Positions 7,948 to 17,945 of a DNA stretch of 56,502 bases are shown piece by piece. A model generated the notes under the pieces. The model worked only from the letters and a program-made list of their open reading frames with translations. It did no database searches and was not told the DNA's origin. Where the stretch lies: assembly GCA_051003235.1 (NCBI GenBank), contig JBPCLN010000120.1:1-56502 (forward strand), given 5' to 3'. The translations under genes were made by a program, and so were the position numbers. The stretch comes from Chloroflexota bacterium (GTDB lineage: Bacteria; Chloroflexota; UBA4733). Position 1 is the first letter of the stretch. The number at the start of each line of letters is the position of its first letter.

Positions 7948-8817
7948 ATGTCACGAACGCCCGCAGCCGCTAAGCTCCCGCTTGCTGCACTGCTCGTGGC
8001 GCGTGCCCTCTTCGCCGGTGAGGATGAAGCGCGGCGGTGGGTGATGGCCGGGCAGGTACTCGTTAGCGACAAGGTGGTGGATAAGCCGAATACGCCGGTC
8101 GCATTTGATGCGCAGATTAGGCTGCGCGGACGCCACCGATACGCTGGACGCGGCGGGCTCAAGTTGGCTTCGGCAGTAGCAGCCTTTCGGCTCCCTGTTG
8201 CGGGTCGCGTTGCGCTCGACTGCGGCGCCTCCACCGGCGGATTCACCGACTGTTTGCTGCAACAAGGCGCAGCACTCGTATACGCCGTCGAAGCGGGTTA
8301 CGGCCAGTTGGTAGGACGGCTCCGTGCCGACCCGCGCGTTCGCAATCTGGAACGCACCAACCTGGGCGATCTAACGGCTGCCTCTGTGCGTCCAACTCCA
8401 TCGCTGATTACCCTTGACCTGTCCTACCTTTCGCTCACTACCGCCCTTCCCCAGGCCGCGCCCTTGCTGGCCGCCGGTGGCGACGTGCTGACCCTGTTCA
8501 AGCCCCTCTTTGAGGTCGCGGACGCCGCGGCTCGTCGCACCGGCGCGGTAGATGATCCGGCGCTCGTCGTTGCCGCATTAGCCCGTGTGCTGGACGCCGG
8601 TAGCGCCGTCGGATTGCATCCGACCGGAGCGGCAAAATTGGCCTTGCGGCCCCGCCACGGCGTCCATGAGTACTTCCTGCATTTTACTCAAACGCCGGCC
8701 GCCCCCTGGGTCTACAACCAGACGACGCTCACAACGCTGGTGGCCTCGCCCGGCATCGGCAGCGAAGAAGAGGACGACGTGAGCGTCGCCGGTGATAGTT
8801 CGGAATCCGTCCCCTAG
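7948..8817 (+). CDS. tlyA: TlyA-family rRNA (cytidine-2'-O)-methyltransferase (S4 domain + FtsJ-like MTase)
   Basis: S4-like N-terminus (..RRWVMAGQVLVSDKVVDKP..) followed by ..RGGLKL...LDCGASTGGFTDCLLQQGA... Start chosen at ATG 7948 (MSRTPAA) rather than 7894. Confidence 0.8.
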   Translation: MSRTPAAAKLPLAALLVARALFAGEDEARRWVMAGQVLVSDKVVDKPNTPVAFDAQIRLRGRHRYAGRGGLKLASAVAAFRLPVAGRVALDCGASTGGFTDCLLQQGAALVYAVEAGYGQLVGRLRADPRVRNLERTNLGDLTAASVRPTPSLITLDLSYLSLTTALPQAAPLLAAGGDVLTLFKPLFEVADAAARRTGAVDDPALVVAALARVLDAGSAVGLHPTGAAKLALRPRHGVHEYFLHFTQTPAAPWVYNQTTLTTLVASPGIGSEEEDDVSVAGDSSESVP

Positions 8818-9917
8818 ACCCACTTGCGGTACGCCGCGACGGTCAGCTCGGCGCAGCGGTCCCAGGTGAACTGGCGGGTGCGGTGGGCACCGGCAGAGCA
8901 GAGGCGGGCAGTGAGGGCACGGTCTAGCCAGAGTCGGCGGATGGCGTCGGCCATGGCCTCGGCGTCGAGCGGGTCAACCAGCAGCGCTGCATCGCCGGCG
9001 ACTTCCGGAATCGACGAACTGGTGGTGCTCACAACGGGACAATTGGCCCAGAATGCTTCCAGGACCGGAAAGCCAAAGCCTTCGTAGCGGCTAGGGTACA
9101 CGAAGACGGTCGCGAGGTGATACAGGGCAATGAGATCAGCCTCGCTCACATGGCCGGTGAAAATTACGGCAGAGCCCAGAGCCCGAAGCCGGGCATTAGT
9201 CGTTACATCACCCCACCCCTCCCGCCCGGCGACAACAAGCACCGGTGGCGGTGCCACCGTGACTCGAAGGCGTTCCAACGCGACGAACAGCGTGCCGAGG
9301 TTCTTACGCGGCTCCAACGTGCCGACGGCGAGGAGGAAGCGTTCCGGCAGTGCCCACCGCCGCCGAACCGCCTGCAGCGCCTGCTCCGCCGGTCGGCGAC
9401 CGAAACTCGGATCGGCGGCGTAGGGCGTCAGCGCCACCCGCTCGGCCGGCGCCCCGGCAAGCGTGACGACATCGTGAACAGTGGACAGCGACGGCGCCAG
9501 CACCGGCGAGGCGACCCGGGCGGCGTGCCGCAACAACGGCCCCCAGTAACGCCGTCCGGCCACGGTCATGGTCTCCGGGTAACGCAGCGCCGTGAGGTCA
9601 TGGATGCTCATAATCATGCCTTTCCGCTGGGCGATTGGTGGCGGAAAGGCCGGATAGTGGATGCCATCCAGCCCCAGTCGGTGGCGCGCCAGAGGGAACC
9701 AGAGCTGCATCGCCAGGCGTTCCTGGCGCAACGGCGTCGCCACTGAGCGGACTCGGGCTAAACCGGGGTAGGTCGGCGGCGACTCTCCCCGTCGGTAAAA
9801 GAGCGTGTAAGCAATGCCGTCATCCCGCTCGATCAGGGCTCGGCTGATGGCGTCGGCGTAGCGGAAGACACCCGTCTTGCGCCGCCAGAGGCCGGTAAGG
9901 TCGATGCCTAGTCGCAT
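8814..9917 (-). CDS. glycosyltransferase family 4 (GT-B, group 1)
   Basis: 367-aa ORF with the ..PSRYEGFGFPVLEA.. motif. Its stop overlaps the tlyA stop by 4 nt (convergent). Confidence 0.8.
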   Translation of the reverse strand: MRLGIDLTGLWRRKTGVFRYADAISRALIERDDGIAYTLFYRRGESPPTYPGLARVRSVATPLRQERLAMQLWFPLARHRLGLDGIHYPAFPPPIAQRKGMIMSIHDLTALRYPETMTVAGRRYWGPLLRHAARVASPVLAPSLSTVHDVVTLAGAPAERVALTPYAADPSFGRRPAEQALQAVRRRWALPERFLLAVGTLEPRKNLGTLFVALERLRVTVAPPPVLVVAGREGWGDVTTNARLRALGSAVIFTGHVSEADLIALYHLATVFVYPSRYEGFGFPVLEAFWANCPVVSTTSSSIPEVAGDAALLVDPLDAEAMADAIRRLWLDRALTARLCSAGAHRTRQFTWDRCAELTVAAYRKWV

Positions 9918-9993
9918 ACCCTCACCCTCGAGTGGCTCCCCTGTGCGGAGAGGCGGCTGCCGTCATTGTCAAGTGTGGCCCTCAAGCGAGCAA

Positions 9994-10770
9994 CTAAGTG
10001 ACCTCACTCGGTGCCGGCAGGGGGTGCTTCCAGTGGTTTGCGCCGTGCTCCAAAACGTGGCGATGCATAGTCTGGTACTGGGCCAGGCTTTCCCCTGCAT
10101 CCCACCAGTAGCCTTCCAGTTCATACATTCGCAGGCGGCCCTGGTGCAAGTACCAGTTGTTGACATCCGTGATCTCTAACTCCCCGCGGGCGGATGGCAC
10201 CAACGTCGGCACGATATCGAAGACGTCAGGCGGGTAGAGGTAGAAGCCGGTGACGGCGAGGTTGCTGGGCGGTACAGCCGGCTTCTCCACAATGGCGGTC
10301 ACGTGCCCCTCGTCGTCGCGCGCGATGACACCGTAATGCTGCGGCTCGGCCACCGGGGTGGTGAAGATCGCCGCATCGCGCCAGCGGTCCGGGTGCCCCA
10401 ACTCGCGGACGGCGTGGGCGAGGGTGTCTACATACTCCACACCGTTATCGGCCAGTACCACAAACGCCTGGTCGCCACCGGCAAAGGCTCGACATAAGCC
10501 GAGGGCCTCCGCGATGCCGCCGGGGCGATCCTGGTAGGTATAGGAGACCGACACACCGAAGGCCGAGCCATCCTTCAGGTAGCGCATAAACTTGGCGGCG
10601 TCGCTGTCGCCACATACCACGATGACGCGGCCAACCCCGATCTTGGCGAGCAGATCGATCGAATGGTGGATCATCGGCACGTTGCCGAGCGGCAGGGCAT
10701 GCTTATTCGCCAACAAGGTCAGCGGCGATAGCCGGGTGCCGGACCCACCGGCAAGGACAATACCAATCAT
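9994..10770 (-). CDS. sugar-phosphate nucleotidyltransferase (short RmlA-like, glucose-1-phosphate thymidylyl/uridylyltransferase family)
   Basis: Start taken at ATG 10770 (MIGIVLAGGSGTRLSPLTLLANKHALPL), a canonical NTP-transferase N-terminus. GGGAGG lies about 10 nt upstream. Confidence 0.8.
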   Translation of the reverse strand: MIGIVLAGGSGTRLSPLTLLANKHALPLGNVPMIHHSIDLLAKIGVGRVIVVCGDSDAAKFMRYLKDGSAFGVSVSYTYQDRPGGIAEALGLCRAFAGGDQAFVVLADNGVEYVDTLAHAVRELGHPDRWRDAAIFTTPVAEPQHYGVIARDDEGHVTAIVEKPAVPPSNLAVTGFYLYPPDVFDIVPTLVPSARGELEITDVNNWYLHQGRLRMYELEGYWWDAGESLAQYQTMHRHVLEHGANHWKHPLPAPSEVT

Positions 10771-10812
10771 TGCACGCCGACCTCCCACGATTCACGCAAG
10801 CCAACGGGGCGG

Positions 10813-10818
10813 ATTATA
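10813..10818 (-). promoter_or_regulatory. Perfect TATAAT -10 hexamer upstream of the nucleotidyltransferase gene
   Basis: The reverse strand reads ..gcacggaTATAATccgcc.., about 43 nt upstream of ATG 10770. No convincing -35. Confidence 0.3.
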
Positions 10819-10829
10819 TCCGTGCAGCG

Positions 10830-12059
10830 CTATTCAGGGCGGCGCCGGAGCCCCACCGCGTTGAGCCGAAACGCGCGTTGTCGGCGTGGCGCGATGCCTA
10901 CCGCCCCGGCGAGGGTCACGGCGGCAGCGCCCAAAAACATCGCCGGGAAGCCAATCCAGCTCGAGACCGGCCCACCACTGGCATTGCCGGCGATCTGCGC
11001 CAGGCCGCTGGAAAGCTGGTAGACGCCGGCTGCGCGGCCGCGTTCCGCCGGTGGCGCCAGTTCAACCACTGCTGTCAAGGCGGTGGCGGTGAACGCCGCA
11101 TAGGCAAAGCCGCGCACCACCTGGGCGGCGACCAGCCCCCACGGCGCAGGAGCGAGGGCATAGGCGCTATAGATACCCGCGAACAGCAGCAGGGCCAGCG
11201 TAAACATGGTGCGCCGTCCCAGACGATCGGCCAGCCGCCCGGCAATCAGCATCGACGGCACTTCCAAAAAGGCCGCCAGGCCCCAGAGGCGGGCATAGCC
11301 GGCGGTACCCAGACCCTGGACGTTGGCGACATAAATGGGCCACACGGAATACACGGCGCTGAAAGGAAGCATCCAGGCAATGACGGCCAGGGACAGGGGC
11401 AGCAAGGGTCCACGTGCCATGCTGAAGAGGCCGCCGAGTTCGCCGCTCAAGGGGGATGATGAGCGCCCGGCGGCGCGTGACGGCTCGCGCAAAGTCAGAC
11501 TTAGCAGGAAAGTCAGGCCGTAGATGCCGCCGGCAAGGGCATAGGTCGCATGAAAGCCATACCGCGCTGCGGCCGCGCCGGAAAGGATGATGGCGATGGC
11601 AAACGCCAGCGAACCGCCGGTTCGATAGATGCCGAGCATCCGTCCGCGGGACCGGCCATGGCCGTCCCGCTCCAGCACGTCGCCCAACATGGCAAGGGCG
11701 CCGACATTGTAGGCAGCAAACGCTGCCCCTTCCGCCACGCGTAACGGCACCAGCAGCCACCAGGTCGAGACATGAGCGATCAGCGAGGTGGTGACCATGA
11801 GGGTCGCCATTGCGCCGACAACCAGGGGCTTGCGGCGGCCCAGGCTATCGGTCAAGCGGCCCCAGGCAATGTTGGAAATGACGGAGGCAACGGCATAGCC
11901 ACCGACCACCCAGCCAACATCGGCAACGTTGCCGCCCAGCGCCTGAACGTAGAGCGAGAGAAAAGGCGACGCTGACCCGTTGGCGAGAAAGACCAGGAAT
12001 CCGATGGCAGTGAGCAACCAGAACGGGTTCAGGTCAATTCTCCCTGCAACCAGGCACAC
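10830..12059 (-). CDS. MFS transporter
   Basis: 409-aa ORF, about 12 hydrophobic segments, with the ..GRLTDSLGRRKP.. loop motif between TM2 and TM3. Confidence 0.8.
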   Translation of the reverse strand: MCLVAGRIDLNPFWLLTAIGFLVFLANGSASPFLSLYVQALGGNVADVGWVVGGYAVASVISNIAWGRLTDSLGRRKPLVVGAMATLMVTTSLIAHVSTWWLLVPLRVAEGAAFAAYNVGALAMLGDVLERDGHGRSRGRMLGIYRTGGSLAFAIAIILSGAAAARYGFHATYALAGGIYGLTFLLSLTLREPSRAAGRSSSPLSGELGGLFSMARGPLLPLSLAVIAWMLPFSAVYSVWPIYVANVQGLGTAGYARLWGLAAFLEVPSMLIAGRLADRLGRRTMFTLALLLFAGIYSAYALAPAPWGLVAAQVVRGFAYAAFTATALTAVVELAPPAERGRAAGVYQLSSGLAQIAGNASGGPVSSWIGFPAMFLGAAAVTLAGAVGIAPRRQRAFRLNAVGLRRRPE

Positions 12060-12091
12060 CTGAGTTATTGACCCGATGCTAACGGCTCGAT

Positions 12092-12103
12092 CGGTGGTAT
12101 ACT
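12092..12103 (+). promoter_or_regulatory. Extended -10 promoter (cggTGgTATACT) for the nusA operon
   Basis: TG at 12095-12096, one spacer nt, then TATACT at 12098-12103. The identical 12-mer CGGTGGTATACT occurs upstream of rpmI (24784-24795, minus strand). Confidence 0.5.
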
Positions 12104-12128
12104 ACGATAGCAATCGCATACGGCTGAT

Positions 12129-12166
12129 GAAGAGAGAAGTGGGTTCCCACCCACTTCTCTCTTTTT
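12129..12166 (+). terminator. Intrinsic terminator / attenuator in the nusA leader
   Basis: AGAGAGAAGTGGGT (12131-12144) pairs perfectly with ACCCACTTCTCTCT (12149-12162) around the 4-nt loop TCCC, followed by TTTT (12163-12166). It lies between the predicted TSS (~12110) and the nusA start. Confidence 0.7.
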
Positions 12167-12201
12167 CCGCCGGACTATGACTGAAGTGAAGGGAGGCAGT
12201 G

Positions 12202-13323
12202 ATGGCCACCCAGTCACCGCCGACCAATGAATTCGCCCTGGCCTTAGTCGCCCTCAAAGAAAAACACGGCCTGCCGCCGGCAGTGCTGCTGCGCGCGGTG
12301 GAAGAAGCGTTGGCAGCCGGCTACCGGCGGGAATATAATCCACCCTACCCGATCGCGGTCCATATCGACCCCGAAAAGGGGCAGCAGCGGTTATGCGCCG
12401 TCAAGCAGGTCGTGCTGCGCGTGCGCGATGAGGGACGCGAGATCACCCTACTTGCCGCCCGTCGTACCTTTCCGGAAGCCCAGGAGCACGACGAAGTCGA
12501 GGTCGTCTTGCCCCTGCCCGAAAGCTGGGGCCGTATCTCCGCGCTGGCCTTCAAACAGATCGTTCAACAGAAGATCCGTGACGCCGAACAGGCGAATACC
12601 TATGACCGTTTCGCCGATCTGGAGGGCGAGCTCGTAAGCGGCATCGTGACGCGTGTCGACGAAGGGACACTGTTCGTTGGCCTGGGCGGCGCGGAAGGGG
12701 AAATGCCGCCGAGCGAGCAGATTCCGAGCGAGCAGTACAAGGTCGGGCAACGCCTGCAGGCGTACCTGACCAAAGTGCAGCGTAGTGTGCGGGGCACGCA
12801 TCTGATTCTATCGCGAACCGATCGCGGTTTGCTCCGCCGCTTGTTTGAGTTGGAAGTGCCGGAAATTCACGCCGGTACTGTCGAAATCAAGTCCATCGCC
12901 CGGGAACCGGGTTCCCGTTCCAAAATCGCGGTCGCCTCTCGGCAGGAAGGCATCGACCCGGTCGGGGCCTGTATCGGCGTCCGCCGGGTGCGGATCCAGA
13001 ACATTGTCAACGAGTTAGGCGGCGAAAAGGTTGACATCATCGTCTGGCAAAGCGAGCCGGGCGCCTATGTCGCCAGTGCTCTCAGTCCGGCCACCGTCTG
13101 TGGCACCGAAGTACGGGACACCGAAAAAAAGGTGGTCGTCACTGTGCCGGCAAATCAGTTATCTTTGGCAATCGGCAAGGAGGGACAGAACGCCCGCTTG
13201 GCATCGCGGCTTACCGGCTGGCGCATCGACATTCATGCCCAGGCCGTACCGGAGGATGATCCTGCTGCCGACACCGGTCTGGCGCTGTTTGATCCGTCGC
13301 CGGCAATTGCAGGAAAGGAATGA
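12202..13323 (+). CDS. nusA: transcription termination/antitermination factor NusA (no C-terminal AR repeats)
   Basis: N-terminal domain, S1 domain and two KH domains are recognisable (..GELVSGIVTRVDEGTLFVGLG.., ..GACIGVRRVRIQNIVNELGGEKVDII.., ..LAIGKEGQNARLASRLTGWRIDI..). ATG 12202 is preferred over GTG 12199 because GGAGG (12192-12196) would be only 2 nt from the GTG. Confidence 0.9.
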   Translation: MATQSPPTNEFALALVALKEKHGLPPAVLLRAVEEALAAGYRREYNPPYPIAVHIDPEKGQQRLCAVKQVVLRVRDEGREITLLAARRTFPEAQEHDEVEVVLPLPESWGRISALAFKQIVQQKIRDAEQANTYDRFADLEGELVSGIVTRVDEGTLFVGLGGAEGEMPPSEQIPSEQYKVGQRLQAYLTKVQRSVRGTHLILSRTDRGLLRRLFELEVPEIHAGTVEIKSIAREPGSRSKIAVASRQEGIDPVGACIGVRRVRIQNIVNELGGEKVDIIVWQSEPGAYVASALSPATVCGTEVRDTEKKVVVTVPANQLSLAIGKEGQNARLASRLTGWRIDIHAQAVPEDDPAADTGLALFDPSPAIAGKE

Positions 13324-13327
13324 GCCA

Positions 13328-13648
13328 ATGCCCTTGCGCCCCAAGCACATTCCCGAACGCACCTGCATCGCCTGCCGAAGTTCCCATGCTGCGGAGGCGA
13401 AACAGCCCAAGCGCCAACTCGTTCGGCTCGTTCGTTCACCACAGGGTGATGTGTCGGTAGACTTAACAGGGAAAAAGCCGGGACGCGGCGCGTATCTCTG
13501 TGCCAACCCTGGCTGTTGGCAGACCGGCCTGGCGAAGGGCGCGTTGGAGCGCGCCTTGAAAACCGCTCTGACCGAGCATGATCGTGCGGCGTTGCACGCC
13601 TACGCCGCCACTTTGAGCAGTGCGCCCAACGAGGAATTGGCGCCCTGA
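13328..13648 (+). CDS. ylxR: YlxR/DUF448-family RNA-binding protein
   Basis: Internal start of track ORF 13031..13648. MPLRPKHIPERTCIACR...GRGAYLC.. matches the family, and it occupies the canonical position between nusA and infB. Confidence 0.85.
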   Translation: MPLRPKHIPERTCIACRSSHAAEAKQPKRQLVRLVRSPQGDVSVDLTGKKPGRGAYLCANPGCWQTGLAKGALERALKTALTEHDRAALHAYAATLSSAPNEELAP

Positions 13649-13750
13649 AGATCGTTCGCAAGCCGGCCGGCGCGCCGAGGCTTCCACCGCCCGTGACGGA
13701 TCCGTGGCGCCTGGGCACCCCGCTTGCCACAACCGCAAAGGAGCAATGAC

Positions 13751-16480
13751 ATGAGTACACCATCCACGAATAATTCCGGGTCCGGCAGCAACAGCGGCCG
13801 CAACGGCGGCCGCGCGAATGGTTCCGGCCGATCCACCTCCGCTACCGGGGGCCGGTCCGGCAGTAGCGCCCGCCCGACCTTGCCGACCGGCACGCGCATC
13901 GCGCCGACGCCGCCGCCTGCCGCGGAGCCCGAATTAATTGCGGAAACGGCTGTTACGCCGCCCTCCACACCCACCCCTTCCACCGAACCGACTGCACCGG
14001 CGGCCGCTCATCCCGTCAGTTCGCCGGCCACATCTTCCGGCGCCGCCCCGGCGACCCGCTCGACGCCGGGTATTCGACCAAGCACGCCGCTACGGCCGTC
14101 GATGCCCGGCATCGTCGGCTCCCCGTCCACCCGTCCGATCGGACCGACCGGCCCCGGCGTTCGTCCCGGCATGGTGAACACCCCCAGCGCGCCCGGCGGC
14201 ATTCGTCCGACCGGCCCTGCTCCGGCGGGAGGCATGCCTCACCCAGGAACGAGTACGGGCAGCGGGGCTTTTCCGCGCAGCATGCCGGCGCCATCCCGCC
14301 CCCAACAGCCCGCGACACCGACTGCGGGGAATTTCCGACCGGCACAGCCCCCGTCATCGGGTGGCTTCCGTCCGAGTCAGCCGCCTCCATCCGGTACCTT
14401 CCGACCAGGGCAGCCGTCCGCAACGGGTGCGCCGCGGTCGTTTCCGCCATCCGGCACGAACGGGACTCGGCCCAGCTTTTCCGGCGCCCCCCGAGCGACC
14501 GGCGCACCCGGCGGCACATCGACGGGGGGCCGGCCAGGCTATTCGCCGTCGCGTGGTGGGTCTTCCCCGTCCGGCGGGGGCGGTAGCTACCGTCCGCAGT
14601 ACGGCGCTCACCGCTCCGGTGGGCGGGGTGGCGCCCGCTCCAGCGGCAGCCGAACGATGGGCCCGCGCAGTGCTGCGGCGGTGGTCCCCCAACATGCACC
14701 GGTCCAACTGCCGTCCCAGATGACCGTTAAGGAGTTAGCCGACCTGATGGGCGATACCGCCGTCAATGTCATCAAGGAGTTGATGACGAAGCACGGCGTC
14801 ATGGCCAATATCAACCAGTTACTGGACCGCAATACGGCGGAAAGCCTCGTAAAGGGCATGGGATACGAAGTCGCGGAAGCGCCGGAAGTCGCCGTCAATG
14901 GTGACATCGCCGGACCAGACTCACTAACTATGGAACGGCTGGCGGCCAAGACGGAGGCGAGCGACCAGTTGGCTCCCCGCCCGCCCGTCATCACCGTTAT
15001 GGGTCATGTCGACCACGGCAAGACCACCTTGCTGGACGCTATTCGCCAGGCAAACGTCGCCGGTGGCGAAGCTGGGGGCATCACCCAGCATATCGGCGCG
15101 TACCAGGTCGACCACAATGGCGAGAAGCTCACGTTCCTGGATACCCCTGGGCACGAGGCCTTCACGGCCATGCGGGCGCGCGGCGCCCAGGTCACGGATG
15201 TGGCCGTCATCGTGGTCGCCGCCGACGACGGTGTCCAGCCGCAAACGATTGAGGCGATCAACCACGCGCGGGCGGCAAAGGTACCTATGGTCGTCGCCAT
15301 TAACAAGGTGGATGCGGCCGGCGCCAATGTCGATCGCATCAAGCAACAACTGTCCGACAACGGTGTCCTGGTGGAGGATTGGGGCGGCGACGTGCCCGCC
15401 GAAGCGGTCTCCGCCCGGCAGAAGACCGGCATTGATGACCTGCTCGACCTGATACTGCTCGTCGCCCAGTTGCAGGATCTGCAGGCCGACTCCCAGCGCG
15501 CCGCTCAGGGCACGATCATTGAAGCCAAGCTTGACAAGCAGGTTGGGCCGGTAGCCACGGTTTTAGTGCAAAACGGGACGCTTAAAGTGAGCGACGTCAT
15601 CGTTGCCGGCGCTGTCTCCGGCCGCATCCGTACCATGCTCAACGACCGTGGCAAGCCGGTACGCCGGGCGGACCCATCGACGCCGGTCGCCATACACGGT
15701 CTGTCCGGATTACCGAACGCCGGGGATACCTTCAGCGTCGTGCCGGACGAGCGGATGGCGCGGACCATTGCTGAGGAGGTCGCCGCCACCCGTCAGGCCG
15801 CCGCCGGCCAGGGTGGCAGCACGGTTGGGCGGATTAGCCTGGATACGGCGACTCAGGAGACCGCGACCAGTCAGAACAAGGAGTTCAACGTCGTTATCAA
15901 AACGGACGTTCAGGGCACGTTGGAGGCAATTCGCCAGTCGGTGGTCGGCCTGGCCAACGCTGAGGTCGCCGTCAATGTCATTCACGGTGGGGTCGGCAAT
16001 ATCTCTGAGTCGGACATTCTCCTCGGCCTTGCCTCCAAGGCGCTTGTCGTCGGCTTCAATGTCAAGGTCGACACCGGCGCGCGGCGCGCCGCCGACCAGA
16101 ACAGCGTCGAGATCCGTCTTTACGAGGTGATCTACGGGTTGCTGGATGACCTGGAGAAGGCCGTCAACGGCATGCTCGAACCGGTCTACGAAGAACGCAT
16201 CACGGGCCACGCCGATGTGCGACAGATCTTCAAGCTGCCCCGCAATGAGGTGGTCGCCGGCTGTTTCGTGACCGATGGTCTCGTCACGAAGACATCCCAG
16301 ATCCGACTCCTCCGGCGCGGAACCAAAGAGTTTGAGGGAAAGCTTTCTTCCTTGCGCCGCTTCAAAGACAGCGTCAATGAAGTCGCCCAGGGCTTTGAAT
16401 GTGGGATCGGCCTGGAGGGCTGGCGCGACATTCAGATCGGTGATGTCCTCGAGTTCTTCGGCCAGGAGCGCGTGCGGTAG
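13751..16480 (+). CDS. infB: translation initiation factor IF-2 with ~330-aa Pro/Ser/Gly-rich N-terminal region
   Basis: GTPase G-domain ([23 protein letters not shown]) and a conserved C-terminus. ATG 13751 is preceded by AAGGAG (13738-13743). Confidence 0.9.
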   Translation: MSTPSTNNSGSGSNSGRNGGRANGSGRSTSATGGRSGSSARPTLPTGTRIAPTPPPAAEPELIAETAVTPPSTPTPSTEPTAPAAAHPVSSPATSSGAAPATRSTPGIRPSTPLRPSMPGIVGSPSTRPIGPTGPGVRPGMVNTPSAPGGIRPTGPAPAGGMPHPGTSTGSGAFPRSMPAPSRPQQPATPTAGNFRPAQPPSSGGFRPSQPPPSGTFRPGQPSATGAPRSFPPSGTNGTRPSFSGAPRATGAPGGTSTGGRPGYSPSRGGSSPSGGGGSYRPQYGAHRSGGRGGARSSGSRTMGPRSAAAVVPQHAPVQLPSQMTVKELADLMGDTAVNVIKELMTKHGVMANINQLLDRNTAESLVKGMGYEVAEAPEVAVNGDIAGPDSLTMERLAAKTEASDQLAPRPPVITVMGHVDHGKTTLLDAIRQANVAGGEAGGITQHIGAYQVDHNGEKLTFLDTPGHEAFTAMRARGAQVTDVAVIVVAADDGVQPQTIEAINHARAAKVPMVVAINKVDAAGANVDRIKQQLSDNGVLVEDWGGDVPAEAVSARQKTGIDDLLDLILLVAQLQDLQADSQRAAQGTIIEAKLDKQVGPVATVLVQNGTLKVSDVIVAGAVSGRIRTMLNDRGKPVRRADPSTPVAIHGLSGLPNAGDTFSVVPDERMARTIAEEVAATRQAAAGQGGSTVGRISLDTATQETATSQNKEFNVVIKTDVQGTLEAIRQSVVGLANAEVAVNVIHGGVGNISESDILLGLASKALVVGFNVKVDTGARRAADQNSVEIRLYEVIYGLLDDLEKAVNGMLEPVYEERITGHADVRQIFKLPRNEVVAGCFVTDGLVTKTSQIRLLRRGTKEFEGKLSSLRRFKDSVNEVAQGFECGIGLEGWRDIQIGDVLEFFGQERVR
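14327..14427 (+). repeat. Three tandem 33-nt (11-aa) units within infB
   Basis: Encodes [11 protein letters not shown] / [11 protein letters not shown] / [11 protein letters not shown]. Confidence 0.7.
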
Positions 16481-16538
16481 GCAGCCTGCCGCACGCGTCC
16501 CTATTCCGGTGAGCAACGCGAGCAAAGGAGGTATATGA

Positions 16539-16925
16539 GTGACGTCTCGAAGACAGGAGCAAGTGGCGGACGAAATCCGGCGTGAAATCGGTGATCTTCT
16601 GCTCAAGCAAATCAAAGATCCACGGGTGGGTTTCGCTTCCGTCACCGAGGTACAGGTGTCTTCAGACCTTCGGCACGCCCATATCAACGTCAGCGTCTAC
16701 GGCAGCGACGACGAACGTCAGGCGACTATGACGGCCTTGCAGCATGGTAGCGGTTTCTTCCGCCGCGAAATCGGCACTGCCCTCAAACTACGCTACACGC
16801 CCACGATTACCTTTCACCTGGACGACTCCCTGGCCCGGGGCGACCGCATCCTGCGGCTGCTCAATCAGGTCAAGGCAGGCGGATCGACGGGCGATCCCGT
16901 GGGACCAGAAGAGCAGGCCCGATGA
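16539..16925 (+). CDS. rbfA: ribosome-binding factor A
   Basis: 128-aa ORF with a GTG start 7 nt after AAAGGAGG. ..RREIGDLLLKQIKDPRVGFASVTEVQVSSDLRHAHINVSV.. is typical of RbfA. Confidence 0.9.
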   Translation: MTSRRQEQVADEIRREIGDLLLKQIKDPRVGFASVTEVQVSSDLRHAHINVSVYGSDDERQATMTALQHGSGFFRREIGTALKLRYTPTITFHLDDSLARGDRILRLLNQVKAGGSTGDPVGPEEQAR

Positions 16926-17938
16926 CGGACCGGGCAGCGGTAGAACAGGCAACGGCGCTGTCCGAGGCGGCCGCGGCGATCCGTTCCGCCTCGTCCATCC
17001 TCCTCAGCAGCCATATCAACCCGGATGGCGACGCAATCGGGTCCATCCTCGGAACGGCGCTCACGCTCGCCGGCGCCGGTAAGCGCGTCGTGGCCATCAA
17101 TCCCGACCCGGTCCCGTGGACTTTCCAGCAGCTCCCGCAGGCGGCGCTCGTCCAGACCTGGTCCGATCTACCGGCATTCGGCAAACCGGACCTTTGGTTG
17201 GCCCTGGACTCCGCCGACGTCGAGCGGTTGGGGGTGCCACCCAGCGTGCAGCCTTTGTTGGACGGCGTACCGGTCGTGCAGTTTGACCACCATGCAACCA
17301 ACATGCGCTACGGCGACGTGAACATCGTTGACGTCAGCGCTACCGCCTGCTGCCAGCAAATGACGCAGTTCCTCATTGCTGAAGGCTACACCCTTTCCGC
17401 CGATGCGGCCGCTTGCCTCCTGTGCGGCCTGGTCACCGATAGCGGCAGTTTCCGCTTCACCAGTGTGACGGCCGGTACATTTCAGGCCGCTGCCGCACTC
17501 ACCGAAGCGGGCGCCCGACCCGGCGCAATTGGCCATTTGCTGAGCGTCCGCCGATTCGCTTCCATCAAACTCTGGGGGCTCGTGCTCAATACGCTCGAAC
17601 AGCAGCACGACGGGCGCATTGTGGTGGCCCAGGTGACTCGCCTCATGTTCGATCAGGTGGGAATGAACGAAGAGGGTACGGAAGGATTGGTCGAAATGAT
17701 ACGCGGCGTCGAGGGGGTCGACGTCGCCATCCTCTTTCGTGAAGAGGCGACCGGCGACATAAAGGTGAGCTTCCGCACGACCGAGACTGTTGACGCCACG
17801 ATCCTCGCGGTTGCCAACGGTGGAGGCGGCCATGCCCGTGCCGCCGGCTGCACCGTGGCCGGACCGCTCCCTAGTGCTCGTCGGCGCATCATCGAGCAAA
17901 CCGTGCAACTCCTGGAAATGGGCACGCTGGGCGTGTGA
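16922..17938 (+). CDS. nrnA: DHH-family phosphoesterase (NrnA-like bifunctional oligoribonuclease / pAp phosphatase)
   Basis: DHH motifs (..HINPDGDAIGS.., ..FDHHATN..) and the DHHA1 GGGH motif. ATGA start/stop overlap with rbfA. Confidence 0.8.
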   Translation: MTDRAAVEQATALSEAAAAIRSASSILLSSHINPDGDAIGSILGTALTLAGAGKRVVAINPDPVPWTFQQLPQAALVQTWSDLPAFGKPDLWLALDSADVERLGVPPSVQPLLDGVPVVQFDHHATNMRYGDVNIVDVSATACCQQMTQFLIAEGYTLSADAAACLLCGLVTDSGSFRFTSVTAGTFQAAAALTEAGARPGAIGHLLSVRRFASIKLWGLVLNTLEQQHDGRIVVAQVTRLMFDQVGMNEEGTEGLVEMIRGVEGVDVAILFREEATGDIKVSFRTTETVDATILAVANGGGGHARAAGCTVAGPLPSARRRIIEQTVQLLEMGTLGV

Positions 17939-17945
17939 GGAGGCC

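Noticed and set aside
12068-12073. TTGACC as the -35 element of the nusA promoter
   Set aside because: It lies 24 nt from the TATACT hexamer, which is too far. The TGn extended -10 makes a -35 unnecessary.
12177-12230. Small uORF (ATGACTGAAGTGAAGGGAGGC...) overlapping the nusA start in another frame
   Set aside because: It has no SD, and it consists largely of the nusA SD region itself. It is probably fortuitous.
13031-13327. Long-start versions of ylxR (13031), truB (17790), infB (13724), the GlmU-like gene (35039), birA (47804) and rpmI (24743)
   Set aside because: The upstream extensions overlap preceding genes or a terminator hairpin, and they lack family-typical N-termini. Internal starts with SD sequences restore canonical N-termini.
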